Virus record (IMG/VR): IMGVR_UViG_3300011008_000026
Coordinates: 1-64,000 of that record
Strand: one strand, 5' to 3'
Source of the DNA: a virus
Taxonomy: Duplodnaviria > Caudoviricetes
Length of the DNA stretch: 64,000 bases
Of the stretch, positions 53,801-62,089 are shown piece by piece; positions within the stretch are counted from its first letter, which is position 1; each line of letters begins with the position of its first letter. The notes under the pieces are model-generated. The model had not been told where the DNA came from. It did not search any database and saw only the letters and a program-made list of their open reading frames with translations. A program made the translations under genes and the position numbers.

Positions 53801-54187
53801 AACGAGAGTATTTGTAATTGCAGGAGTAATATCTTTGGCAAAGTCCTGTGTATTGGAAACTGATTTTTGAATATCCTGAATTGTCTTGTCTGCCATTTCG
53901 ACTTTGCGTCTGTAGACTGCTGTCAAATCTGCCCGTTCAATTGAATTTGAGGCATTGTCGATTGCGTTTCTGGCTCGAACAATATCGGTCAGACTTGAAA
54001 TCCAGTGATCATATTTTGTTTTGATTGCTTCACCGTATCCGGAAAGACCCGTTCCCTGAGCCATGGGGACAAGAGAAGAAGCCTTCTCCTGCAGGCTGGT
54101 GATCTTACTTTCGATCTCTTCTGCTTTCTGGTTAAAGGGATCATCGTTAATATCGACACCTAAACTTAAAATTTCATTTTCATCCAT
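38822..54187 (-). CDS. Giant tape measure protein, exon 1 (5,122 codons), with N-terminal two-barrel RNA-polymerase-like domain
   Basis: TMP core (EYDKTLTNIQMIT..AKELK....EI......YRQG; GTTLNSIFGR; AGTRQ) at about 47570-46700; long coiled coils; DFDGD at 51052-51038; position between chaperones and Dit. Confidence 0.85.
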
Positions 54188-54217
54188 TGGAAAAGACTCC
54201 TTTCTTTTAGTGGATTA

Positions 54218-54247
54218 TTGACAACTGTATATCAAAAACCATATAAT
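54218..54247 (+). promoter_or_regulatory. Sigma70/SigA-type promoter for the helicase
   Basis: TTGACA-18 nt-TATAAT. Confidence 0.75.
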
Positions 54248-54287
54248 ATGATGGTTGAATTTTCAGATAGGGGAGGGGATTAAAGAG

Positions 54288-55829
54288 TTGTTTAAAAAGA
54301 ATAAAGATATAGGGGATGAATTGTTTTTACTTAAAAGCGAATACGAAAAAATAAAAATACAGCAAAAGAAATCTATGGATAAGATTTCTTCTTTAGAAAG
54401 CGTCGTTTCTGATCTCACAGGAAAAATCAAAGTCCTTGAAAAGAAGCTCGAAGATACAGAGAAGTCCAAACCGGTTGCTGCCTCAAACTCAGATATTAAA
54501 CTAACGCCCGAACAACAACAGGCGCTTACAAAACTCACAACAACAGACGATAATTATTTCGTCACGGGAAAGGCGGGGACAGGGAAGTCCACGCTGTTAA
54601 GAAAACTGGTGGAAATATCCGACCCGAAATCCACAGCAGTTGTTGCGTTTACAGGGGCGGCCGCGTTAAATGTCGGAGGTCAGACAATTCATACTTTCTT
54701 CAGATTGAGCCTTGGCCCTCAGGATGTTTTGAACTCAGACAATATTCAGTCGCCCCCGTATATCGAAGATGTTCTTGCCGTATTGAAAATCCTGATCATT
54801 GACGAAATATCCATGGTCAGATCAGACATTCTGGACATGATGGATCATAAGCTCCGGAAAGTAAAAGACGGCAATCTGCCGTTTGGCGGCTGTCGAATAA
54901 TTGCGTTTGGAGACCCGTATCAGCTTCCTCCGATTGCCAGTTCCCGTGAAGAAGAAAAATTCATCCGGCTCAGATACAATACGCTTCACTTCTTTGGCGC
55001 TCCCGGCTCGAAGACATTCAAAAGGATTGAGCTGCAGAATATTATGCGTCAGACTGATCAGCGGTTTATTGCCGCCCTGAATGAGATTCGCCTTGGGAAC
55101 CCTTCTGCAGAAACCCTTCGATACATTAATGCAAGCGGAAGAAAAGATTTCCCGGACAACTGGACACGTCTGACACTGAAGAAAAGTGTAGCCGCCGAGA
55201 TCAACCGTAAAATGCTTGAGAAAATTCCCGGCGAGGAGTTTATATTTAAAGCACAGTTTGGAGGAGACGATCCCCCTACAAGGAGCGATCTGACCTTCGA
55301 GCCTGTTTTGAACGTGAAGATCGGCGCTCGTGTAATTGCCGTTAAAAACGATCTGCAAAAACGTTATGTAAATGGATCGATTGGAATTGTAGTAGCCGTC
55401 AAAGACGATGAAATAATTGTCAACTTCAACGGAGTGGATATTCCTGTCTCGACAATGCTGGATGAAAAAGCGCAGTATTACTATGACAGAAAGAAAAGAG
55501 AGCTGTCCAAGCAAATCGTTGGGTGGTGCAATCAATACCCTCTGAAGCTGGCCTACGCAATTACCGTACACAAATCACAGGGCCAGACATTTGACAATAT
55601 CATTCTCGATTTCTCAGGATGCACAGCGTTTGCTCCGGGGCAGACCTATGTAGCCTTATCCAGATGCAAATCTCTGCTTGGCTTAAGACTGACAAGACCA
55701 ATTGACAGGCGGGATGTTTATGTTGATCCGGATATTACCGCGTACATGAACAATCAGTTTCAGCCGCGAAACGAAGAAGACATACTTGTCAGCAAATGGA
55801 TGGAAGAAATAGAACTGCCGTTTGAATGA
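54288..55829 (+). CDS. PIF1/RecD-like SF1B DNA helicase with N-terminal coiled coil
   Basis: GKAGTGKS, IIDEISM, GDPYQLPP, MRQ, AYAITVHKSQGQT, YVALSR; likely TTG start after GGGAGG (ORF track starts at 54255). Confidence 0.9.
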   Translation: MFKKNKDIGDELFLLKSEYEKIKIQQKKSMDKISSLESVVSDLTGKIKVLEKKLEDTEKSKPVAASNSDIKLTPEQQQALTKLTTTDDNYFVTGKAGTGKSTLLRKLVEISDPKSTAVVAFTGAAALNVGGQTIHTFFRLSLGPQDVLNSDNIQSPPYIEDVLAVLKILIIDEISMVRSDILDMMDHKLRKVKDGNLPFGGCRIIAFGDPYQLPPIASSREEEKFIRLRYNTLHFFGAPGSKTFKRIELQNIMRQTDQRFIAALNEIRLGNPSAETLRYINASGRKDFPDNWTRLTLKKSVAAEINRKMLEKIPGEEFIFKAQFGGDDPPTRSDLTFEPVLNVKIGARVIAVKNDLQKRYVNGSIGIVVAVKDDEIIVNFNGVDIPVSTMLDEKAQYYYDRKKRELSKQIVGWCNQYPLKLAYAITVHKSQGQTFDNIILDFSGCTAFAPGQTYVALSRCKSLLGLRLTRPIDRRDVYVDPDITAYMNNQFQPRNEEDILVSKWMEEIELPFE

Positions 55830-55830
55830 T

Positions 55831-55859
55831 TTGACAAAAAGGAATTTATCTGGCATAAT
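55831..55859 (+). promoter_or_regulatory. Sigma70/SigA-type promoter for the zinc-ribbon gene
   Basis: TTGACA-17 nt-CATAAT with TG extension. Confidence 0.65.
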
Positions 55860-55888
55860 CCTGCATTATGCTACGATTGGAGGATTTC

Positions 55889-56125
55889 ATGAACGGATTG
55901 ATTTGCCCGGAATGCAACGAAGACAAGCACGTACCGAAATACGAAATGGACGGCCTTTATGTTTGCCAGTCCTGCGGCAAGGTGCTGGGTTATCTGTGCC
56001 GTGGATGCGACAAGGTGTATCTGCAAAACAGGCTCGGAAAACACGGCGACGTCTGGGAGTGTAAACTCTGCGGTCAAATCCAGTGGGGATATACGGAATA
56101 CAAGAGAAGCAAGGCGGAAGGATAA
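55889..56125 (+). CDS. Small double zinc-ribbon protein
   Basis: Four CxxC pairs (CPEC, CQSC, CRGC, CKLC); GGAGG RBS. Confidence 0.7.
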   Translation: MNGLICPECNEDKHVPKYEMDGLYVCQSCGKVLGYLCRGCDKVYLQNRLGKHGDVWECKLCGQIQWGYTEYKRSKAEG

Positions 56126-56143
56126 AACCTTCCGCCTTGCTTC
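56106..56143. terminator. 16-bp hairpin between convergent genes (probable terminator)
   Basis: gaagcaaggcggaagg-ataaaa-ccttccgccttgcttc; weak U-tracts. Confidence 0.6.
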
Positions 56144-56153
56144 GTCTATGGCG

Positions 56154-56516
56154 TCATTTCATGGGGATAACATTATCTTCTTCATGTGTCGGTCTGAAAA
56201 ATTCAAGGATCTTCTTCATGTAATCTGCTTCTTCTTCAAGCATGGCTGGTTCCACCGTGGTTGAAATCATGTCATAAAGCCAGTTAATAACCGCATTCTT
56301 CTTGGACTCTGTGGCATTTCTTCTTTCAACTTCCAGCTTGAGAATATCTTCTACGTCGTACCATCCGGAAAGATAACTGTCTTCCAGATCTTCCAGATCT
56401 CCAAGTCCTTCCCGATACAGCATGTCCTGCCATTCAGGTTCCAGATACCAAACACCATTGTCGGCCTGTTGTACAGTCAGGTCTTTTGCCTTTAAAATAA
56501 AGTTTGAATATAACAT
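56154..56516 (-). CDS. Hypothetical protein
   Basis: ORF with AAGGAG RBS before ATG 56516. Confidence 0.6.
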   Translation of the reverse strand: MLYSNFILKAKDLTVQQADNGVWYLEPEWQDMLYREGLGDLEDLEDSYLSGWYDVEDILKLEVERRNATESKKNAVINWLYDMISTTVEPAMLEEEADYMKKILEFFRPTHEEDNVIPMK

Positions 56517-56526
56517 TTTGATCTCC

Positions 56527-56685
56527 TTACATAATCTTAACAATCAGCCCTTCTTGATAACCGTAATCACTTGCATAGTAAAGTTCTTCTCGAATCAGAA
56601 CTTCTTCAGCTTCGCCTGAGTTCACCACAACCGGAAGATCGTAGGGCATTTCTTCCAGTAATTCGATAAGATCTCTTACTGTCAC
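56527..56685 (-). CDS. 52-aa hypothetical protein not in the ORF track (MTVRDLIELLEEMPYDLPV...)
   Basis: Translated by hand; AAGGAG RBS, GTG start; MTV.ELI..L...P.D..V is a common small phage protein start. Confidence 0.65.
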   Translation of the reverse strand: MTVRDLIELLEEMPYDLPVVVNSGEAEEVLIREELYYASDYGYQEGLIVKIM

Positions 56686-56690
56686 AAGGA

Positions 56691-57161
56691 TCACTCCTTG
56701 CGACGTTTAAAGAACTTTGGCTTCTGTTCAGGCACAACACCCAGAACAACTGTCGGCTCTTCAAGCTTCTTCAATGCTTCGTCAATTTCTTTGTTGGTAA
56801 TGGGCGTTCCTTCCAGTACGGAATCAATAACTTTCTCGTCGGCCTTTTCTTCAGCCGCAGGCTCTGCTTCAACTGCCTTCGGCGCATCGTCAGCCGAATA
56901 GGGGTTTGCCGCTTCTAATTGAGCCAGCTCTTTAATAAATCTTTCCATCCGGACTCTGGAAACCCGATAGTCGATTCCGCCCTTATTCCACTTCTGGAGG
57001 GCTCTCTTCGCCTTAAAGAAAAGTCCATGTTCCAGAGTATCGCTCTTAAAGGGATTTGTGTCCTCTTTTCCGAGCCATTCGACCGCAATGCCGACGGCTT
57101 CATTTTCCTTGTTATTCTTATGGTAGTCCATAAAAGAATCATATAATTCTCTGCAATCCAT
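56691..57161 (-). CDS. Hypothetical protein
   Basis: ORF with AAAGGAG RBS. Confidence 0.6.
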   Translation of the reverse strand: MDCRELYDSFMDYHKNNKENEAVGIAVEWLGKEDTNPFKSDTLEHGLFFKAKRALQKWNKGGIDYRVSRVRMERFIKELAQLEAANPYSADDAPKAVEAEPAAEEKADEKVIDSVLEGTPITNKEIDEALKKLEEPTVVLGVVPEQKPKFFKRRKE

Positions 57162-57186
57162 GTTGGTTCTCCTTTCGTGTTATATA

Positions 57187-57582
57187 TCAACCAAGATAGT
57201 CTTCGAACCAGCTCGTGTCTCCAAGCTGATCCTGAACCTTCTTCATTTGCTGTTCCTTTGACCCGGACTTGATAACTGTCATACTGCTTGGCATTGCCAT
57301 CAGTACAGATGCGCTGTTGGAAGTGCTCGGCTTCGTCAGCGGGTTAGCCTGGTCAACCATTCTGTTAATGCTTTCTCCGGCCTTCTTGTCCAAGACAGTC
57401 CGGCCAAGCATATTGATAACAGTTTCATAGTTCAGCTTCTTTCCAAGTGCGTCCAGCACACTCTGGAAAAAGACATATGTCATATGGTTTATTTTCTCTT
57501 CGTCGACTTCGCCCAAGTGAACCGCTACTGCGGCAACCGCTTCATCCAGATTTAACGACTCCCTTGGGCTTGCTGATTTTTT
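57187..57582 (-). CDS. Tail assembly chaperone, -1 frameshift extension (gpGT-like)
   Basis: -1 frame is open from slippery A AAA AAT (57582-57576) into LGEVDEEKINHMTY.. Confidence 0.7.
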   Translation of the reverse strand, partial: KKSASPRESLNLDEAVAAVAVHLGEVDEEKINHMTYVFFQSVLDALGKKLNYETVINMLGRTVLDKKAGESINRMVDQANPLTKPSTSNSASVLMAMPSSMTVIKSGSKEQQMKKVQDQLGDTSWFEDYLG

Positions 57583-58166
57583 CTTGCTTGTTCCTCTTTT
57601 TCGTCGATATGATTAATTCGACCGAAGATCTTCACAATCCGGTCAACATCGTCGGCAGTCATTTCATCATAATGATCCCGAACGAACTCCGAACTGTCGA
57701 AGACAGCAACAAGAAAATCGTACAGCATCTCATCAGGACTGCGGTTTCCCAGCACGCCCTTTTGATAAGTGAAAAACGTAGTAAGAGGGATGGCTTTGAT
57801 AAAGTTATACGAAGACACAGCCTGATTTCTGAAATATCTGAGCTGAGTCGGCTTGATCTCGATTGGCTCGTTCTTAATAAAAACAACGTTCTCCATATTC
57901 AGTCCGGACGGTAGCTCTGTCTTCTGAGGAGTTTCTTCCGGAGTATTTTCAACAAATGGAGTCTCTTCCGGAGCTCCCTTCATGACCGGGGATGCTTCCG
58001 GAGTCTTATCAATTGCATCGCTCTGTGTTGGTTTTGTTTCCAGCTGAGAAGTCTCTTTCGGGACTTCTTCATTCAGAGGAAGATTATCAGGCAGAGCAGA
58101 TACAGGTTCGGTTTCCTTCGGAACATCCTTCCTGAGTCTCGTAGGAAACGGGATTTGCTTTGGCAT
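57552..58166 (-). CDS. Tail assembly chaperone (gpG-like)
   Basis: Directly after the major tail protein; ends in ..ARKN with a slippery site; start at MPKQ. Confidence 0.7.
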   Translation of the reverse strand: MPKQIPFPTRLRKDVPKETEPVSALPDNLPLNEEVPKETSQLETKPTQSDAIDKTPEASPVMKGAPEETPFVENTPEETPQKTELPSGLNMENVVFIKNEPIEIKPTQLRYFRNQAVSSYNFIKAIPLTTFFTYQKGVLGNRSPDEMLYDFLVAVFDSSEFVRDHYDEMTADDVDRIVKIFGRINHIDEKEEQARKNQQAQGSR

Positions 58167-58219
58167 TGTTCCTTCTCCCTTCAAATATATAATGCTTTTG
58201 TGTGGGCGCAAAAGCAAAT

Positions 58220-58251
58220 AAAAAGGGGATACCGTTATTCGCGGTATCCCC
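58220..58251 (-). terminator. Intrinsic terminator after the major tail protein gene
   Basis: GGGGATACCG-7 nt-CGGTATCCCC followed by TTTTTATTT on the minus strand. Confidence 0.8.
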
Positions 58252-58376
58252 TGAATGTGCATTGGAACGTCTTCCCTTACAGGAATCCGTTTATCACACA
58301 TAAAACACGTATGAATACGTGCGTGATAATATCTCCGCTAATAACCTTTTTAAACCTTATATAACCAAGATATTAA

Positions 58377-61300
58377 TCATCCATTCTGCTTTGCTTTTTC
58401 AATGTAAGCAGTGCTGTAGCAGCCGCCGTCGTTCCGCTTCGCATCCCAAAATATGTTCAGCATGAGTCGTTAATTCATGCCCGCTCTGTTTTGAGCAGCT
58501 CTATGTCACCATAGAAGTTCAGACTATATCACGAACTCTCTTAAAGAGTCCCTCTTCATTTCGGGCCACTTGGCCCTACTCTACTCACTCGATTTTAATC
58601 GGCTTTCGATAGTCGTTAGGCTTTTATTCACACACACGTTCAAATTTAAAACCTTTGCAAAGTCTGTTTTCCTTAATTGATGCAAAAATAGCTTCTGAAG
58701 AACATCCCACAGATCGTCCTGCAGCCGCACCACTACGAAACACTTCCCCAGTGTCGATATTACGAACAGCAACATGCATGGAGTTTAGATTACCTTTACG
58801 TGCCTCTGAAAATTTAGCTTTTTGCAATTCTGTTAAAGGCCCCGTTTTTAATCCTTTATTCCACGCTCTCTGTCCCATGTGCCCTTCAGATAGATGTTTT
58901 CGATATTCTTCAGATCTATGTTGTGCATTATATTTCATTTTCTGTTTTGTTTCTTCAGCCATTATTGAGCCGTAATGAGCTGGTTCTGAATCATACAAAT
59001 TATATCCGTATTCTTGTTTATTTGAATGAAATGATTGAATGTAACATTTTTCAAGCTCGATACTTTCCTCGTAAGTCAAGTTATCTGCAAGAATTTCTAA
59101 TGTGAAATTATTCCATCCGTATTTGCAAATAGCATGCCAAAACTTTGTACATTCTTTATAGTTGTTTCCATTTTTACCAGCTCTGTTTTTAATCGTTTGC
59201 ATAGTTCTTCCTATATACACCTTATTGTTTATTACATTGGTGTATTTATAAACCACATTCTTTTTCATCGAATCTCCTTTGTGTAATTTTATGTGTGTGA
59301 AATTTAGCACGGGATTGTCTCTTCTCCTCCCCATTATGGTATTTTTCGAATGCGGAGAATTATATTTTATCAAATACAAATACAGAGAGTTTCCCCGTTT
59401 AGAAGAGTTTTTCAATGCCTCTCGCAAGGCAAAGCCTCAGATAAATATTTAAGGCAGTAAGTGTCAGCTGGAAGCTGGCAGCGCTCTTATCTTAAATGAT
59501 AAAAGTCATTTTGTTTATTCACTATTGTTCGCTACGCAATAGCCGCTTTCGCAGCTGCATGTCACCATGCAGAATAGACTATATCTTCACCCTGTAAAAC
59601 AGGGGCTCTTCTTTTCGGATCGCTTGATCCTACTCTACTCGCTTCTTCAGGCTTTCGCCCTATGCTTTCGATAGTCGTTAGGCATTTACAAGCATTCGCT
59701 TGATTTAGCACGGGATTGTCTGCTTGAGAGTTTCCCCGTTTAGAAGAGTTTGTTCATGCTTATTACTAAGCAGCCTCCCTAAGAGTCGCTAAGGAGGTAT
59801 CGAAGCCGGGAGCGGTTGTAATCCGAGCCCGGAAGACCTTAACCACATAGTAGCCGATAATATCGGACTCTGTGCAGTCATCGCCGTTGCCATACACCGG
59901 CCAAATGCAAGCAGCCTGTCCAATAGCAGAGCTCTTGTTGTCGATGATGGCTTCCATGGCTTCCTGCTCATAATCGTACACGACCTCGATGATCTTCAGA
60001 TTATCCGCAGCGGCAAAGGTGATCACGGTCTTCTGCTCATCACCCGTGCCAGAGGTTGCAACCTTATACTCACCTGCGCTGGGAGTAGTCTCGGTTGTCT
60101 CTTCCATGCCGGAAATGTAGATGGTTCCATCCACGGCCACATGGTCCAGTGTGACGGTGTGGTCATTCTTCACTTCATAGCGCTCGGAAGTCGCCAGTGT
60201 GTACGTCTCTTCTCCGTCGCCACCGCGATGAACATAGTCAACACGGTTCGCCATGGAGAACAGTTCGGCATCAAATTGACCACTCGTAATTGTCATCTCG
60301 AAAGAAGACTGTCCGGGCAGCACAGCCACAGGATACATGCTCCAACCCGCGTTAATAGGGGTTGTTTCAATGTTGGGGGTAACAGTCGCGGCAGTCAGCT
60401 CATCGAACGCGAAACGCTTACCGTCGCAGCGATCGAAGATGACCTTCGGCACGTCGGCGATATCATTATATGTTCAATGCAATTCGCTAGATTGCATCCG
60501 TCTTTCGACAGCTATATGTCTCCATATAGATCAGATCATATCTTCACCCTAAATAATAGGGGCACACCGTTTCAGCCCGCTTGGGCTTACGTCTTTCGAC
60601 TGATCGTTAGGCTTTTAAACATATTTCCAATGAGGGCCACGGTTTCTTGAAGGAGCATTCAAATGATTTCTGCGAGCTGAATTACCAATCTGCCCAACAG
60701 TCCAACCTGTCTTTTCAGAAGCTTCAGCAACAGATGCATAGATAAAGCCTGTTTCAATACACATTACTTTTCTTCCTCTGGCAAGTCTGTTGCCTCTGCT
60801 AATCGCGGCCTTTGTTTCATCGCTTTGTCGTGTTCCTCTGTGAGCAGCAGCAGTCTTTTCTATTGCTTCTCGTGTAATAACCTGCCTTGCTCTTGCTTCT
60901 TTGATTTTTCTTCTTGCTTCATCAGATCTTGGCCCTTGATTTACACCGCCAGGTTCTTGGTTATAACCGTTATCAATTGTGTCGAACAATTTAATAAGCA
61001 AAGATTCTGTATGGCTTGCTTCTTGTTGTGTAAGATTTTTTGCAAAAATAAAATGTTCAAATGAATTCCATCCGTATTTCTGAATAGCGTGATAGAACTT
61101 TACACAACCACGATAATTTATTCCTTTTGAACCCCAGCGATGTTTTGGATACTGTTCAGATGTAACACCAACATACATTTTGCCATTTGCTTTATTAATG
61201 TGCACATAAACAGTCCATTTTCCATTTTCAATTACCATAATATATCTCCTTGTCTTTTTGTTTCTCCATTATGGTATTTTCGAATGCGAAGAAATAGATT

Positions 61301-61459
61301 TTATAATATATGGAAATATGTTATTTAGCACGGTAGGTTGTCGATAAAAGAGTGCCGTTCTTTTACAGACTTTCCCCGTTTAAGTGTGATTTTGACATGC
61401 ATTGCTGCATGAAAGAGCTATTTTGCTAACCCTCTGAATTTTGCAACATACGTAGCCAT
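58377..61459 (-). CDS. Major tail (tube) protein, 4 exons: 61459-61429, 60463-59792, 59490-59451, 58446-58377; 270 aa spliced
   Basis: Exons sum to 813 nt in frame: MATYVAKFRG|YIADVPK...PGFDTS|YKSAASFQLTLTA|LDAKRNDG...; RBS AAAAGGAGG; position between tail terminator and chaperone. Confidence 0.8.
58447..59450 (-). ncRNA. Group I intron 3 of the major tail protein gene (1,004 nt)
   Basis: P1 GCCUU/GAGGC with U.G; AAACGGGGAA..AAUCCCGUG; R AACGACUA; S GAUAUAGUC; terminal G. Confidence 0.85.
58624..59268 (-). CDS. Intron-encoded GIY-YIG homing endonuclease (NUMOD3/NUMOD1)
   Basis: VVYKYTN.INNKVYIGRT, AI.KYGW.NF, E..YI, GYN; AAAGGAG RBS. Confidence 0.85.
   Translation of the reverse strand: MKKNVVYKYTNVINNKVYIGRTMQTIKNRAGKNGNNYKECTKFWHAICKYGWNNFTLEILADNLTYEESIELEKCYIQSFHSNKQEYGYNLYDSEPAHYGSIMAEETKQKMKYNAQHRSEEYRKHLSEGHMGQRAWNKGLKTGPLTELQKAKFSEARKGNLNSMHVAVRNIDTGEVFRSGAAAGRSVGCSSEAIFASIKENRLCKGFKFERVCE
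59491..59791 (-). ncRNA. Group I intron 2 of the major tail protein gene (301 nt, no ORF)
   Basis: P1 CCUCCU/GGGAGG; P10 CUCUUA/UAAGAG; P3 CUCUUC/GAAGAG; R AACGACUA; S AAGAUAUAGUC; terminal G. Confidence 0.9.
60464..61428 (-). ncRNA. Group I intron 1 of the major tail protein gene (965 nt)
   Basis: P1 GAGGGU/GCUCUU; P3 CACAC/GUGUG; P7 GAUCA/UGAUC (covaries against GACUA/UAGUC in the other introns); terminal G. Confidence 0.85.
60615..61238 (-). CDS. Intron-encoded GIY-YIG homing endonuclease
   Basis: TVYVHINKANGKMYVGVT, RW, AIQKYGW..F, E..LI, GYN..PGG; C-terminal V.CIETG..Y.S..EA. Confidence 0.85.
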   Translation of the reverse strand: MVIENGKWTVYVHINKANGKMYVGVTSEQYPKHRWGSKGINYRGCVKFYHAIQKYGWNSFEHFIFAKNLTQQEASHTESLLIKLFDTIDNGYNQEPGGVNQGPRSDEARRKIKEARARQVITREAIEKTAAAHRGTRQSDETKAAISRGNRLARGRKVMCIETGFIYASVAEASEKTGWTVGQIGNSARRNHLNAPSRNRGPHWKYV

Positions 61460-61624
61460 AATTCATGGCCTCCTTTTATGTTTATTCATATCGAGCCGCT
61501 GTGCTTCTCCCACAAGCAATGCGACCTGATATACCAAAACTGAGGCCTTCAAATACCCTTTGCTGTTCACCCGCAGCTCGGGGAGAAAGTATTTAGAATC
61601 CGCCCTTGTCTCAGGCGGAGAAAG

Positions 61625-62089
61625 TCAATAGACCTTCATGTAATAAAAAGCAATGGTATACCTTGAATACCCTGACGTTCTTGTTCCGAGATCCCAGTCT
61701 CCCGCAATCCAGAACCGATATCCGGTCTCTGCCAGATAGCGTTCCTTTGTCAGAAGATAATTCAGCCGTTCCGCAATCAGGTGCGTTCTCAGCTGAAGTC
61801 CGTCATCTCCGACATTGCGCAGTTCGTCTGTCTTCACATAGATATCGAACGTCATCATATTTCGTTTTACATTGGAAACAGGTGTATCCGTTCCCTGTAT
61901 GTCCGAGTAGACAACACGGCATACTTCATCTGTAAGTAACTTGTTGGTATACCCTGCCCGAATAAAGTAATTATCCGTAAACTGTATAACTCCGGTTTTA
62001 GCTGGAATTTTCATCAGTTGTTTCAGCTCATAATCCTTGAAGATTACAGTACGGATAATTCTATTCCAGTTATTTATCCATCCAAGCAT
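61625..62089 (-). CDS. Probable tail completion/terminator protein
   Basis: Position before the major tail protein; FDIYV...R...IAERL pattern. Confidence 0.55.
   Translation of the reverse strand: MLGWINNWNRIIRTVIFKDYELKQLMKIPAKTGVIQFTDNYFIRAGYTNKLLTDEVCRVVYSDIQGTDTPVSNVKRNMMTFDIYVKTDELRNVGDDGLQLRTHLIAERLNYLLTKERYLAETGYRFWIAGDWDLGTRTSGYSRYTIAFYYMKVY

Noticed and set aside
38822-54187. Intein as the explanation for the oversized TMP
   Set aside because: No convincing C/S...HN-(C/S/T) splice motifs or LAGLIDADG blocks recognised by eye
54822-55571. 249-aa minus-strand ORF and the many other short shadow ORFs opposite long genes (e.g. 6827..7414, 36619..37338, 51758..52336)
   Set aside because: Antisense or alternative-frame shadows of well-supported genes, with no recognisable motifs
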